DNA of 64,000 nucleotides from an uncultured Smithella sp. (GTDB lineage Bacteria; Desulfobacterota; Syntrophia; Syntrophales; Smithellaceae). The stretch lies in contig CAZBGE010000002.1 of assembly GCA_964491435.1 (NCBI GenBank), positions 5,256 through 69,255 on the forward strand, read 5' to 3'. Positions 9,783 through 18,907 of the stretch are shown here, one piece after another. A program made the translations under genes and the position numbers. The notes below the pieces were generated by a model. It was not told the origin of the DNA. It was given only the letters and a program-made list of their open reading frames with translations, and searched no databases. The stretch's first letter is position 1. Each line of letters opens with the position of its first letter.

Positions 9783-11138
9783 TTAATTTACCGGCATTAT
9801 TTTCAGTTTGGCTTTTATCCTGCCGTAAACTTCATAGCTGAAATCATCATTGCGGCAGCATAAAAACGAGTTGTTATGATATAGGGGTTCATGCTGAATG
9901 TCAAATGGGGAAGCAGCAACTGCGTCGGGCCACATTTTGGTGCCGGGAATCGGCGAATACTCGGCAAGCACCGGTTTTGCTCCGCATTCCATAACAAAAT
10001 CAATGCTATGTGTGACATCCGCTGTTCTCTGTCCAGGGATACCGCATAAAAGATAAACGCCGATGTCTTTTGTCTGATACCCCGCGTTTTTAAGATGAAT
10101 AACCGCCCGCCTTAGTTCTTTATTTTGAACCTTACCGCCTGTGTTTTTCTGTAACTGAAAATCAGCCGTCTCAAAACCAAACCGGATGGTTTTGAATCCG
10201 GAATCATAGAGAATCTTGCTTAATTCTGAATCAATTTGCCTGAGGTGCAAACCGTTGGGGCAATGAAACCGGCAGGATAAATTCCGCTTTTTGACTTCCT
10301 GAAGCAAAGGAATAATCATGTTGTCCGGATCAATCAGAAGCGCATCATCGTAAAAGCTGAAATCCGTCACGCCAAAATTCTTTTGCCAATGTTCGATTTC
10401 GTCAGCAACGCGGACAGGATCTCGACGCAGGTAATCCTGGTAAAATAAATTCGATGAACAATAACTGCACCGATAAGGGCATCCCAGCGATGTGATAATC
10501 GGGATCTGGTCAATCCGATCCAGCAAATCAAATGCAGGGTAGGGCAGGGTGTCCAGATTGTTTTCCTCCGGCATGAAGAAAGGGTCATCGTGAAACAAAT
10601 CTTTAAGTAAATCCAGCACTGCTTTCTCACCCCGGCCGGAAACAATATAATCCGCGCCGGAATAAGCCGCCGCATGCTCATAACACAGTGAAGCATATTT
10701 CCCTCCCAGGACCACTGACGCGCCTGGCAGAATTTGTTTAATAATTTTAATAGCCTCAAAGACGCCTGGATACCAGTAGGTCATCATGGACGTGACCAGA
10801 ACCAAATCCGTGCCGGGGTAGCGTTCCAGCTCCGTGCGGAAAACATCGGGGGCGATGCCATACCGGCAATAGCTTCTGGGCAGTCCTTTGAGGCACGCAG
10901 GTTTATCAATGACCTGCCGGAAAAATCCGCCGTGGCCGTAAGCATGACGTCTTGGAGATTTTGCGCCATTTTTCAGCATCAAAGGAGAATAGGGATTCAG
11001 GCAATCGATATAAGAAACGCGGTGACCGTTGGCGCGCAATAGTCCGCCCAGATACAAAAGCCCCATGGGTTTCAGCCAGAAATCATAAGCCGCGAAATCA
11101 TGAATCCAAGGATTGATTAACAGAATGTTCTTACTCAT
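9783..11138 (-). CDS. B12-binding-domain radical SAM protein
   Basis: CX3CX2C motif 'GCPYRCSYCSS'. N-terminal B12-binding-type region 'ILLINPW...GLLYLGGLLRANGH'. ATG 11138 preferred to TTG 11159. Confidence 0.8.
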   Translation of the reverse strand: MSKNILLINPWIHDFAAYDFWLKPMGLLYLGGLLRANGHRVSYIDCLNPYSPLMLKNGAKSPRRHAYGHGGFFRQVIDKPACLKGLPRSYCRYGIAPDVFRTELERYPGTDLVLVTSMMTYWYPGVFEAIKIIKQILPGASVVLGGKYASLCYEHAAAYSGADYIVSGRGEKAVLDLLKDLFHDDPFFMPEENNLDTLPYPAFDLLDRIDQIPIITSLGCPYRCSYCSSNLFYQDYLRRDPVRVADEIEHWQKNFGVTDFSFYDDALLIDPDNMIIPLLQEVKKRNLSCRFHCPNGLHLRQIDSELSKILYDSGFKTIRFGFETADFQLQKNTGGKVQNKELRRAVIHLKNAGYQTKDIGVYLLCGIPGQRTADVTHSIDFVMECGAKPVLAEYSPIPGTKMWPDAVAASPFDIQHEPLYHNNSFLCCRNDDFSYEVYGRIKAKLKIMPVN

Positions 11139-11261
11139 GGAAGATCTTCTAGCATACAAGTCATGAATTACAAAGCGTTAACCCACATAATAATCCGGAA
11201 GCTTGATATAGCGTTAAGCAGTCTGCAATTGTCTGCCCTGTATTTCAAGTTCTGAATCTTC

Positions 11262-11290
11262 TTGACATGCGGGGAGCCTCCGAATATATT
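11262..11290 (+). promoter_or_regulatory. Sigma70-like promoter upstream of fba
   Basis: TTGACA (11262..11267), 17-nt spacer, TATATT (11285..11290). RBS GGAAGGAGG precedes ATG 11329. Confidence 0.5.
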
Positions 11291-11328
11291 TTTACGCATC
11301 GCACACAGACTGGAAGGAGGCATGGAGC

Positions 11329-12360
11329 ATGGAAAAGAAAACCGATGGAATAAATGAGGCCGTCAGTTATAAATCGTTGGGTTTGTCAAACACCAGAGAA
11401 ATGTTTCAGAAGGCGTTTGCCGGGAAGTATGCCGTTCCCGCTTATAACTTTAATAACATGGAACAGCTTCAAGCCATCATCACCGCCTGCGTCCAAACCT
11501 CGTCTCCTGTCATTCTGCAGGTTTCCAGCGGCGCTCGCAACTATGCGGATGAGACCCTTTTGCAGTATATGGCCCAGGGCGCTGTTGTTCTGGCCCGCAA
11601 AATGGGAAGCGAAATCCCGATTGCGCTTCATCTTGACCATGGCGACAGTTTTGCTCTGGTTAAATCCTGCATCGGCAGCGGGTTTTCATCCGTCATGATC
11701 GACGGGTCGCATCTTCCTTTTGAAGAAAACATCGCCTTATCCAAGAAAGTTGTTGAATATGCCCATCCGCGTGATGTGTCAGTGGAAGCCGAACTGGGTG
11801 TTTTGGCCGGAATTGAGGATGAGGTTTCCCACGCGCAGTCGCATTATACAAACCCGGATGATGTTGAAGAATTTGTTCACAGGACAAGCGTGGACAGCTT
11901 GGCGATCTCTATCGGAACCAGTCATGGCGCTTTCAAATTTAAACCGAAAGACTGCGTCTTGAACGCGGACGGTATCTTAACGCCTCCTTCGCTTCGATTT
12001 GATATTCTTGAGGAAGTTGAAAAACGCATTCCCGGATTTCCCATTGTTTTGCATGGGTCTTCATCGGTTGTTCCCAAATATGTCAATATGATAAATCAAT
12101 ACGGCGGCAGACTGGAAGCGGCGATCGGTATTCCCGAGGAGCAGTTGCGCCGGGCCGCCGAAAGCGCCGTTTGCAAAATCAATATCGATAGCGACGGCCG
12201 TTTGGCCATGACAGCGGCAATCCGTAAAGTTTTCTCCGAAAAGCCGGGTGAATTCGATCCCCGGAAGTACCTAGGGCCGGCCCGCGCCGAGTTGATCGAA
12301 CTTATTAAACATAAAAACGTAAACGTTTTAGGCAGCGCCGGACGGTATCCGGTTACCTGA
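11329..12360 (+). CDS. fba: Class II fructose-1,6-bisphosphate aldolase
   Basis: 343 aa with class II aldolase motifs 'PVILQVSSG', 'LHLDHG', 'SVMIDGS', 'IGTSHGAFKF', 'LVLHGSSS'. Confidence 0.9.
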   Translation: MEKKTDGINEAVSYKSLGLSNTREMFQKAFAGKYAVPAYNFNNMEQLQAIITACVQTSSPVILQVSSGARNYADETLLQYMAQGAVVLARKMGSEIPIALHLDHGDSFALVKSCIGSGFSSVMIDGSHLPFEENIALSKKVVEYAHPRDVSVEAELGVLAGIEDEVSHAQSHYTNPDDVEEFVHRTSVDSLAISIGTSHGAFKFKPKDCVLNADGILTPPSLRFDILEEVEKRIPGFPIVLHGSSSVVPKYVNMINQYGGRLEAAIGIPEEQLRRAAESAVCKINIDSDGRLAMTAAIRKVFSEKPGEFDPRKYLGPARAELIELIKHKNVNVLGSAGRYPVT

Positions 12361-12997
12361 TTTTCAGTGCCGCTTTCCGTTCAAGCTCTTCGATGCTGAT
12401 CACGCCTGTCCGCAAAATGATTGGTTTTGCGGATGTGATGTCAATAATTGTCGATCCGACAGTTCCGCCTTGTTCCTCCAGAGCAATAACAGCGTCAATT
12501 TTATCGCCGAGCTGAGCGACAACCTGCTCGGATGTCGTGCACACGGGTGCTCCCGAAAGATTGGCACTGGTTGATGTGATTGGTCTGCCTGTCTTTTCCG
12601 CGATTTTCCTGGCCGCTTTCAAACCGGACAACCTGACGCCAATCTTTCCGGTTCCTGCTGTGAGAAGCGGCGAGATTCCATCTGCGGCTTCAAAGACAAT
12701 TGTCAGCGGACCTGGCCAGAAAGCGTTCATTAAAATTCGGGCGGCGTCGGTGATTTTACGAACCAAGGGGTCAACATCCCCGATGGCGCCGATGATGACC
12801 GAAATGGGATGGTTAAAATTCCGGCCCTTGATCTCGAAAATCCGGCAAATCGCCTCTTCATTTGTGGCGTCAGCGCCGAGACCGTAAATCGTTTCGGTGG
12901 GATACGCAATTACGCCGCCGCGGGAAATAAGCGCGGCGGCGCGGCTGATGATATCTTCCTCGGAATGTCTTGCGCTGACTTTCAGGATTTCAGGCAT
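12353..12997 (-). CDS. tsaC: L-threonylcarbamoyladenylate synthase (YrdC/TsaC type)
   Basis: 214 aa with YrdC-domain motifs 'GGVIAYPTETIYGLGADA', 'IKGRNFNHPISV', 'TSTSANLSG'. Confidence 0.85.
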   Translation of the reverse strand: MPEILKVSARHSEEDIISRAAALISRGGVIAYPTETIYGLGADATNEEAICRIFEIKGRNFNHPISVIIGAIGDVDPLVRKITDAARILMNAFWPGPLTIVFEAADGISPLLTAGTGKIGVRLSGLKAARKIAEKTGRPITSTSANLSGAPVCTTSEQVVAQLGDKIDAVIALEEQGGTVGSTIIDITSAKPIILRTGVISIEELERKAALKIR

Positions 12998-13503
12998 AAA
13001 AGTTTTTCCTGCTTTTTCTCTACGTCTTTTGCCATTTTCGTTACATAAGCAGAGAGTTTTGCGTTCAAAGCATTATCTTCCAGCGCAAGGAACCTGACGG
13101 CGAAAAGAGCGGCGTTTTTCGCTCCGGCTTTGCCGATGGCCATTGTCGCCACGGGAATGCCTCCAGGCATCTGCACCGTAGCCAGCAATGCGTCCAGACC
13201 ATGCAAAGATGTTGCGTCAATAGGAACACCAATAACCGGCAGTAGTGTTTGCGAGGCAATCACGCCAGCCAGATGCGCTGCGGCGCCCGCGCCGGCAATA
13301 ATAACTTTCACCCCGCGCGCGGCCGCCGCTTTGGCGAATTTTGTTGTCCGCACTGGCGTACGATGCGCCGATGTCAGTATCAATTCATAACCAATACCAA
13401 ACTCTTCCAGAATTTTTACCGCTTCGTTCATAACAGGCAGATCTGAGTCACTGCCCATCACCACGCTGACAGATACATCTTGGAAGACGCTTTTGCCTTT
13501 CAT
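12982..13503 (-). CDS. purE: 5-(carboxyamino)imidazole ribonucleotide mutase
   Basis: 173 aa with motifs 'VSVVMGSDSDLPVM', 'SAHRTP', 'IIAGAGAAAHLAGV', 'PVIGVP'. Confidence 0.9.
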   Translation of the reverse strand: MKGKSVFQDVSVSVVMGSDSDLPVMNEAVKILEEFGIGYELILTSAHRTPVRTTKFAKAAAARGVKVIIAGAGAAAHLAGVIASQTLLPVIGVPIDATSLHGLDALLATVQMPGGIPVATMAIGKAGAKNAALFAVRFLALEDNALNAKLSAYVTKMAKDVEKKQEKLLCLKS

Positions 13504-13674
13504 GCAAGCTCCTTGATAAATTATTTAAATAACGACGCCGTCTTAACGCATTGGAAAGTACTTTGCAAGATGGTTTTTACTTTGAAAAAATCAACCGGTG
13601 ATCATTAAAGTGCGTCTCATCCATCTGGATAAAACTGATGTTTTACCCCAATCCGAAATAGCGCCCAAATTCAG

Positions 13675-13703
13675 TTGACATAAAAATCTTCTCTTCATAT
13701 ACT
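13675..13703 (+). promoter_or_regulatory. Sigma70-like promoter upstream of purO-purH
   Basis: TTGACA (13675..13680), 17-nt spacer, TATACT (13698..13703). The GTG start of the ORF-track ORF (13705) falls at the predicted transcription start site. This supports ATG 13756 as the real start. Confidence 0.55.
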
Positions 13704-13755
13704 CGTGCCACAAATAAAATGGCGCATTATCCATAACAAGGAGAGAAGTAAAAAA

Positions 13756-14487
13756 ATGAAAGAAAATTTATATGAATTCCTGGCTGGCAACGACTATCCG
13801 GGACGCGGCATCTGCATCGGAAAAACGCCCGGCGGGGAAAAAGCAATGATTGGCTATTTTATCATGGGGCGCAGCGTAAACAGCCGTAATCGCGTATTTG
13901 ATCCTGTTGACGGGGGCATTCGCACCATGGCGGCGGATCCTTCAAAAATGACGGATCCGCATCTGATTATTTACAATCCCGTACTGACTCTGGGTAACAC
14001 GACGGTTGTGACCAATGGCGATCAGACCAATACAATCTACAATTTTATAGCCCGTAACGATTTTCCCGGTTTCAGTTTTGAAGCGGCGCTGAATACGCGC
14101 AGCTTTGAGGATGATGCTCCGAACTGGACGCCCCGTATTTCCGGTGTGGTGGATATGCGCTTTGGCGGTTATAAGCTGAGCATTTTGAAGAGCGACGGCG
14201 GCAATGAGAAGAGCGTACAGCGCTTCACCTTCGATTATCCGCAGCCCCTGCCGGGAGAAGGACATTTCATCAGCACATACAGATGCAATGGAACGCCAAT
14301 TCCCAGTTTTACGGGCGAGCCGTTGCGTGTCGCCATGGACGAGGAAGATCCCGGTCAATATGCAGCCAAACTTTGGAAAGCCCTGAACGGGGAGAATAAG
14401 GTAAGCCTTTTTGTACGCGCCATCGATCTGGCGACCAAGACCTATCATGACGTTATTATCAATAAATACAAGAGAGTGGAGGAATAA
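13756..14487 (+). CDS. purO: IMP cyclohydrolase, PurO-like (archaeal type)
   Basis: N-terminus 'YPGRGICIGKTPGGEKAMIGYFIMGRSVNSRNRVF' resembles the PurO / IMP_cyclohyd family as I recall it. RBS AAGGAGAG precedes ATG 13756. It sits directly upstream of an AICARFT-only purH. Confidence 0.7.
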   Translation: MKENLYEFLAGNDYPGRGICIGKTPGGEKAMIGYFIMGRSVNSRNRVFDPVDGGIRTMAADPSKMTDPHLIIYNPVLTLGNTTVVTNGDQTNTIYNFIARNDFPGFSFEAALNTRSFEDDAPNWTPRISGVVDMRFGGYKLSILKSDGGNEKSVQRFTFDYPQPLPGEGHFISTYRCNGTPIPSFTGEPLRVAMDEEDPGQYAAKLWKALNGENKVSLFVRAIDLATKTYHDVIINKYKRVEE

Positions 14488-14490
14488 GGA

Positions 14491-15669
14491 ATGAACGAAT
14501 TAGCGTTGAAATACGGCTGCAATCCCAACCAGAAGCCTGCCCGGATCTTCATGGCTGATGGAGGCAATCTGCCGGTGACCGTGTTAAACGGCAAGCCCGG
14601 CTATATCAACTTTTTGGACGCTTTAAACAGCTGGCAGCTTGTCAAAGAACTTAAAGAAAATACCGGTATGGATGCCGCTGCTTCCTTTAAACATGTTTCC
14701 CCCGCCGGCGCCGCGCTGGGCTATCCCCTGGACAATGTCCTGCGTAAAATGTATCACATCGACGCCGACATGCAGTTATCCCCCTTGGCTTGCGCCTACG
14801 CGCGCGCCAGAGGCGCAGACCGCATGAGCAGCTTTGGCGACTGGATTGCGCTATCCGGCGTGTGCGACACACCCACGGCGCAGATCATCAAATCCGAGGT
14901 CACTGACGGTATCATCGCCCCCGGCTATGAGCCGGAAGCCTTGGAGATTTTAAAAACCAAGAAAAACGGCAACTACAACGTGGTTTCCATTGCCCCCGGC
15001 TATGAGCCGGAAGCCCTGGAACATAAGCAGGTTTATGGCATTACTTTCGAGCAGGGCCGCAACATCCTGAAGATCGACAACAACCTGCTGAGCAACATGG
15101 TGACAAAGAACAAAACTTTAACTGACGCGCAGAAGCGCGACTTGGTGCTGGCTCTGATTACCTTGAAATATACGCAATCCAATAGCGTTTGTTTTGTGCA
15201 GGATGGTCAGGTCATTGGCGTAGGCGCCGGTCAGCAGAGCCGCATTCATTGCACCCGTCTGGCCGGTCAGAAGGCTGATAACTGGCAGCTTCGGCATATG
15301 CCCAAGGTGTTGGATCTGCCTTTCCGCAGCGATATTTCCAAACCTAATCGGGACAACGCCATTGACGTTTACATTGGCGATACGCCGGAAGATGTTATCG
15401 GCGAGGATGTTTGGTCTGAAACCTTCATCCGCCGTCCCGATCCTTTAACGGCGGCAGAGAAGAAACAATGGCTTGGCCAAGTGACGGGCGTCGCCTTGGG
15501 CAGCGACGCGTTTTTTCCCTTTGGCGATAATATCGAACGTGCGCATCGTAGTGGCGTGACCGCTATTGTCGAGGCCGGCGGTTCCATCCGCGATCAACAG
15601 GTGATTGACACCTGCGACAAATATGGCATTGCCATGGCTTTTTGCGGCCTGCGTCTTTTCCACCATTAA
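14491..15669 (+). CDS. purH: AICAR formyltransferase (PurH C-terminal AICARFT domain only, no MGS-like IMPCH domain)
   Basis: 392 aa beginning 'LKYGCNPNQKPARIF'. Motifs 'SFKHVSPAGAA', 'ARGADRMSSFGDW', 'GVGAGQQSRIHC', 'LGSDAFFPF'. Confidence 0.85.
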   Translation: MNELALKYGCNPNQKPARIFMADGGNLPVTVLNGKPGYINFLDALNSWQLVKELKENTGMDAAASFKHVSPAGAALGYPLDNVLRKMYHIDADMQLSPLACAYARARGADRMSSFGDWIALSGVCDTPTAQIIKSEVTDGIIAPGYEPEALEILKTKKNGNYNVVSIAPGYEPEALEHKQVYGITFEQGRNILKIDNNLLSNMVTKNKTLTDAQKRDLVLALITLKYTQSNSVCFVQDGQVIGVGAGQQSRIHCTRLAGQKADNWQLRHMPKVLDLPFRSDISKPNRDNAIDVYIGDTPEDVIGEDVWSETFIRRPDPLTAAEKKQWLGQVTGVALGSDAFFPFGDNIERAHRSGVTAIVEAGGSIRDQQVIDTCDKYGIAMAFCGLRLFHH

Positions 15670-15709
15670 TGATACATAAGAACATCCGGAAAGAGCACAG
15701 GTTTTTACC

Positions 15710-15738
15710 TTGACATATCATCTTAAAATTTTTAAAAT
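15710..15738 (+). promoter_or_regulatory. Sigma70-like promoter upstream of the cyclophilin gene
   Basis: TTGACA (15710..15715), 17-nt spacer, TAAAAT (15733..15738). RBS AAGGAGA precedes ATG 15769. Confidence 0.55.
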
Positions 15739-15768
15739 TTCAGTCAGGTATTCTATAAGGAGACGATC

Positions 15769-16308
15769 ATGAAAAGTAAGCTTATCGCAGTCATCGAAAC
15801 AGATAAAGGCGCCATCCGTTTGAAATTATATGCCGAGCAGACACCCATGACGGTCAGCAATTTTGTCAACCTGGCGCGGCGCGGCTATTATAACAATCTT
15901 AAATTTCATCGTGTTATTCCCGACTTTATGATTCAGGGCGGCTGTCCCTCAGGCGATGGACGCGGAGGCCCAGGTTATCGATTCGGAGATGAGTTTGTTA
16001 AGGAACTGCGTCACCATAAACCAGGCATATTGTCCATGGCCAATGCCGGACCAAAAACCAATGGCAGTCAGTTTTTTATTACCCACGTGCCCACGCCTTG
16101 GCTTGACGGGAAACACACAGTGTTTGGCGAAGTGGTCAGCGATGTTGATCAGGAAATCGTCAATGCTATTGAGCAGGGAGACAAAATCCATTCTATTGTC
16201 ATCGAAGGCGACATCTCGGAGTTAATGGAAAGTACAAAAACGATGGTCGATAAATGGAACGCCGAACTGGATGCAAATTTCCCTAAACTGCCCAAAGTAT
16301 TGCCATAA
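15769..16308 (+). CDS. Cyclophilin-type peptidyl-prolyl cis-trans isomerase
   Basis: 179 aa with motifs '[13 protein letters not shown]', '[18 protein letters not shown]', 'HTVFGEV'. Confidence 0.9.
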   Translation: MKSKLIAVIETDKGAIRLKLYAEQTPMTVSNFVNLARRGYYNNLKFHRVIPDFMIQGGCPSGDGRGGPGYRFGDEFVKELRHHKPGILSMANAGPKTNGSQFFITHVPTPWLDGKHTVFGEVVSDVDQEIVNAIEQGDKIHSIVIEGDISELMESTKTMVDKWNAELDANFPKLPKVLP

Positions 16309-16337
16309 GGACTATTTGATTCCGGAGATGCAATATT

Positions 16338-17378
16338 GTGAGAAATGTGCAGATGTCCCCAGTACAAATGGTGGCGGAAGACGGAGCGATTAATTTCGGG
16401 ACTTTCCGCACACCGTTTCGGAACGCCAATATTCTGGATGCGCCGTTATATCCTTTTCCCACGCCTCGTTTCTGGAAAAATTTTCGTTTGAAGGAATGGC
16501 AGCATTACGGAATTATTACACCATCTTACTACTTCGGAATGGTGATTTTCGACGCCAAGTTTGCAGGCATTTCTTTTTTCTATGCCTATGAACGGATAAA
16601 TAATATCAGATTTGAACATAACCGGCAGGCGTCTGGCAAATCGGTGCATATTGCAGCGCAGCCTTATCATGACGGCTGCTGTTTTGATGCCAAAGGTTAC
16701 AGTCTGCGTTTTGAAAACAATTTGGAGCAGGGGCGCCACAGTCTTTTCATGGACATTGAACAGGACAAAAACCGTCCATCGGTCAAAGGTGAAATAACCG
16801 TTTACGAAGATCTGAACATCATCGAACCGCTGGTTCAGGTTTCTCCGATTACCAGCACGCGCCCTTTTTACACTCACAAAGCAGCTGTGCCTGCGTCGGG
16901 TATGATCAGGTTGGGCGCACAGGAGATTGTTTTGGAACAAAATGCCTGCATCGCCCTGATCGATGAGCAAAAAACTTATTACCCGTATTTTGGCTTCTGG
17001 AAGTGGGCGACAGCCGCCGGTTACAGTGATGACGGAAAGCTTCTGGCTTTTAACCTTTGCCGGAATATGATTTCCGGGGATGAAGATTACAATGAAAACT
17101 GTTTCTGGGCGGATGGAAAAATTTTCTGTTTGAAATCCGCCCGATTTGATTTTGATGATGTCATGAAACCATGGCAAATTAAAACAACAGACGGAATATT
17201 GGATTTATCTTTTGTCCCTTTAGGAGAAAGGTCTCAGGACCTCAACGCCGGTATTATCCGCTCTGATTTTCATCAACCATTCGGTCTTTACAAAGGCGCT
17301 TTCCGTGACGGACAGGGTGTTAAATATTCCATAAACGATCTTTTCGGGTTGGCCGAACATCATGTGACAAGATATTAA
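16338..17378 (+). CDS. Conserved hypothetical protein (possibly DUF2804 family)
   Basis: 346 aa with a GTG start and GGAG upstream. The protein is coherent and soluble-looking. The family assignment is from memory of 'W.HYG...' type N-terminal pattern only. Confidence 0.55.
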   Translation: MRNVQMSPVQMVAEDGAINFGTFRTPFRNANILDAPLYPFPTPRFWKNFRLKEWQHYGIITPSYYFGMVIFDAKFAGISFFYAYERINNIRFEHNRQASGKSVHIAAQPYHDGCCFDAKGYSLRFENNLEQGRHSLFMDIEQDKNRPSVKGEITVYEDLNIIEPLVQVSPITSTRPFYTHKAAVPASGMIRLGAQEIVLEQNACIALIDEQKTYYPYFGFWKWATAAGYSDDGKLLAFNLCRNMISGDEDYNENCFWADGKIFCLKSARFDFDDVMKPWQIKTTDGILDLSFVPLGERSQDLNAGIIRSDFHQPFGLYKGAFRDGQGVKYSINDLFGLAEHHVTRY

Positions 17379-17407
17379 TTCGATTAAAGAATCATGGAGG
17401 TACGGTC

Positions 17408-18904
17408 ATGCTTAAATGCCTTATCGTTGACGATGAAGAACAAAACCGCTACTTCCTGGATGTCCTTCTGCGGGGACACGGCTATGAAACGATGGTTGCT
17501 GCAAATGGCGCAGACGCCTTGAAAAAGGCGCGCGTCAACAAGCCGGACCTGATTATTTCCGATATTATGATGCCGGTCATGGACGGTTTTCAGTTTTGCC
17601 GGGAATGCAAGACGGATCCGAACTTGAAAGAAGCGCCATTTGTATTCTACACGGCGCAATACACGGAAAAACAAGATGAAAAACTGGCTCTTGCCTTGGG
17701 CGCGGACCGTTTCATCATCAAACCTCAGGAACCTGAGACCTTTCTGGCAATCATGAAGGAGGTCTTGAATCTTTACCAAATCAGGGGTGAGGCAGGAAAA
17801 TCATCATTGGACAGGGAAGCTTTTCTTTCCGCTCATGACGAGCGAATCGTCAAAAAGCTTGAAGAAAAAATGGCTGATTTGGAGAAAATGAATCAGGCCC
17901 TCCGCGAAAGCGAGGAAAAGTACCGGCTGCTGGCGGAAAATGTTCATGACATCATCTTTGTTTTGGGCATGGATCTGCATTACAGCTACATCAGCCCTTC
18001 CATAAAGTTTCTGCGGGGCTATGAACCGGCGGAGATATTGGGACATGCGCCTTCGGAGACCATGACGTCTGCATCCTGGGAATTGGCCGCCAAGGTTTTT
18101 AACGAAGAAATAGAGCAGGAAAAAGCCGGGCAGGGGGATTACAGGCGCTCTCGCACCCTTGAACTGGAAATGCTGCGGAAAGATGGGACGACGGTATGGA
18201 TGGAGGGAAAGTTTTCTCTGCTCCGGAATGACCGGGGCAAGCCGACTGGTATTCTCGGTGTCACCCGCGACATTACGGAGCGTAAAAAAGCAGCCGAGGC
18301 CTTGAACAAAAGCTTTGCGCAATTACGGAACGCGCTGGTCGGCACCGTGCAGGCGATGACCTCCTTGGTAGAAACAAGGGATCCTTATACAGCAGGTCAT
18401 CAGCGCCGGGTCACCGGTCTTGCTGTGGCCATTTGCCAGGAAATGATTCCTTCACCGGATCGGATTGCCGGCCTTCATTTGGCCGCCATGATTCATGATA
18501 TCGGTAAAATATCCATTCCCACCGAGATACTGGCCATGTCGAGGAAATTAAATGATCTGGAATTCAGCCTCATCAAAATCCATCCTCAGTCCGGCCATGA
18601 TATCCTGAAAGATATCAATTTCCCCTGGCCCATTGCGCGGATTATCCAGGAGCATCATGAAAGAATGGATGGTTCAGGATACCCCAACGGTTTAACTGGC
18701 GATCGTCTGCTCCTGGAATCCAGAATTCTTGCGGTGGCCGATGTGGTGGAAGCGATGGCTTCCCATCGTCCGTACAGGCCCGCTTTGGGGGTGGAAGCGG
18801 CTTTAAAGGAGATTTCAGAAAAAAGTGGTTCTCTCTATGATCCAGTTGTGGTCGAGGTCTGTTTGCGGCTTTTCAGGGAAAAGGGCTACCAAATGACAGG
18901 TTAA
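17408..18904 (+). CDS. Response regulator with receiver, PAS and HD-GYP domains (putative c-di-GMP phosphodiesterase)
   Basis: Receiver 'CLIVDDEE...DLIISDIMMPVMDG'. PAS region ending 'GILGVTRDITERK'. HD-GYP motifs 'HQRRV', 'IHDIGKISIP', 'HHERMDGSGYPNGL'. Confidence 0.85.
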   Translation: MLKCLIVDDEEQNRYFLDVLLRGHGYETMVAANGADALKKARVNKPDLIISDIMMPVMDGFQFCRECKTDPNLKEAPFVFYTAQYTEKQDEKLALALGADRFIIKPQEPETFLAIMKEVLNLYQIRGEAGKSSLDREAFLSAHDERIVKKLEEKMADLEKMNQALRESEEKYRLLAENVHDIIFVLGMDLHYSYISPSIKFLRGYEPAEILGHAPSETMTSASWELAAKVFNEEIEQEKAGQGDYRRSRTLELEMLRKDGTTVWMEGKFSLLRNDRGKPTGILGVTRDITERKKAAEALNKSFAQLRNALVGTVQAMTSLVETRDPYTAGHQRRVTGLAVAICQEMIPSPDRIAGLHLAAMIHDIGKISIPTEILAMSRKLNDLEFSLIKIHPQSGHDILKDINFPWPIARIIQEHHERMDGSGYPNGLTGDRLLLESRILAVADVVEAMASHRPYRPALGVEAALKEISEKSGSLYDPVVVEVCLRLFREKGYQMTG

Positions 18905-18907
18905 TGC

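Noticed and set aside
13504-13755. Possible ZTP (pfl) or purine riboswitch upstream of purO-purH
   Set aside because: I found no pfl-like conserved core, meaning a GGGUCGUGAC-type 5' half and a CCGCCUGGGCA-type 3' half. The near-consensus promoter at 13675..13703 also leaves only ~45 nt of leader.
13705-13755. 5'-extended ORF-track starts for purO (13705), EF-G (20726), guaB (24267), iorB (31881), purN (46152), livK (54179), livF (58330) and livF' (62921)
   Set aside because: In each case an internal ATG has a good Shine-Dalgarno sequence, a canonical protein N-terminus, or coupling to the upstream stop. The extensions overlap upstream genes or promoters.
16446-17177. 243-aa minus-strand ORF, antisense to the DUF2804-like gene
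   Set aside because: It lies entirely inside a longer sense ORF that has a plausible RBS and globular composition. The antisense product is R/F/K/I-rich with no motif, which is typical of a shadow ORF.
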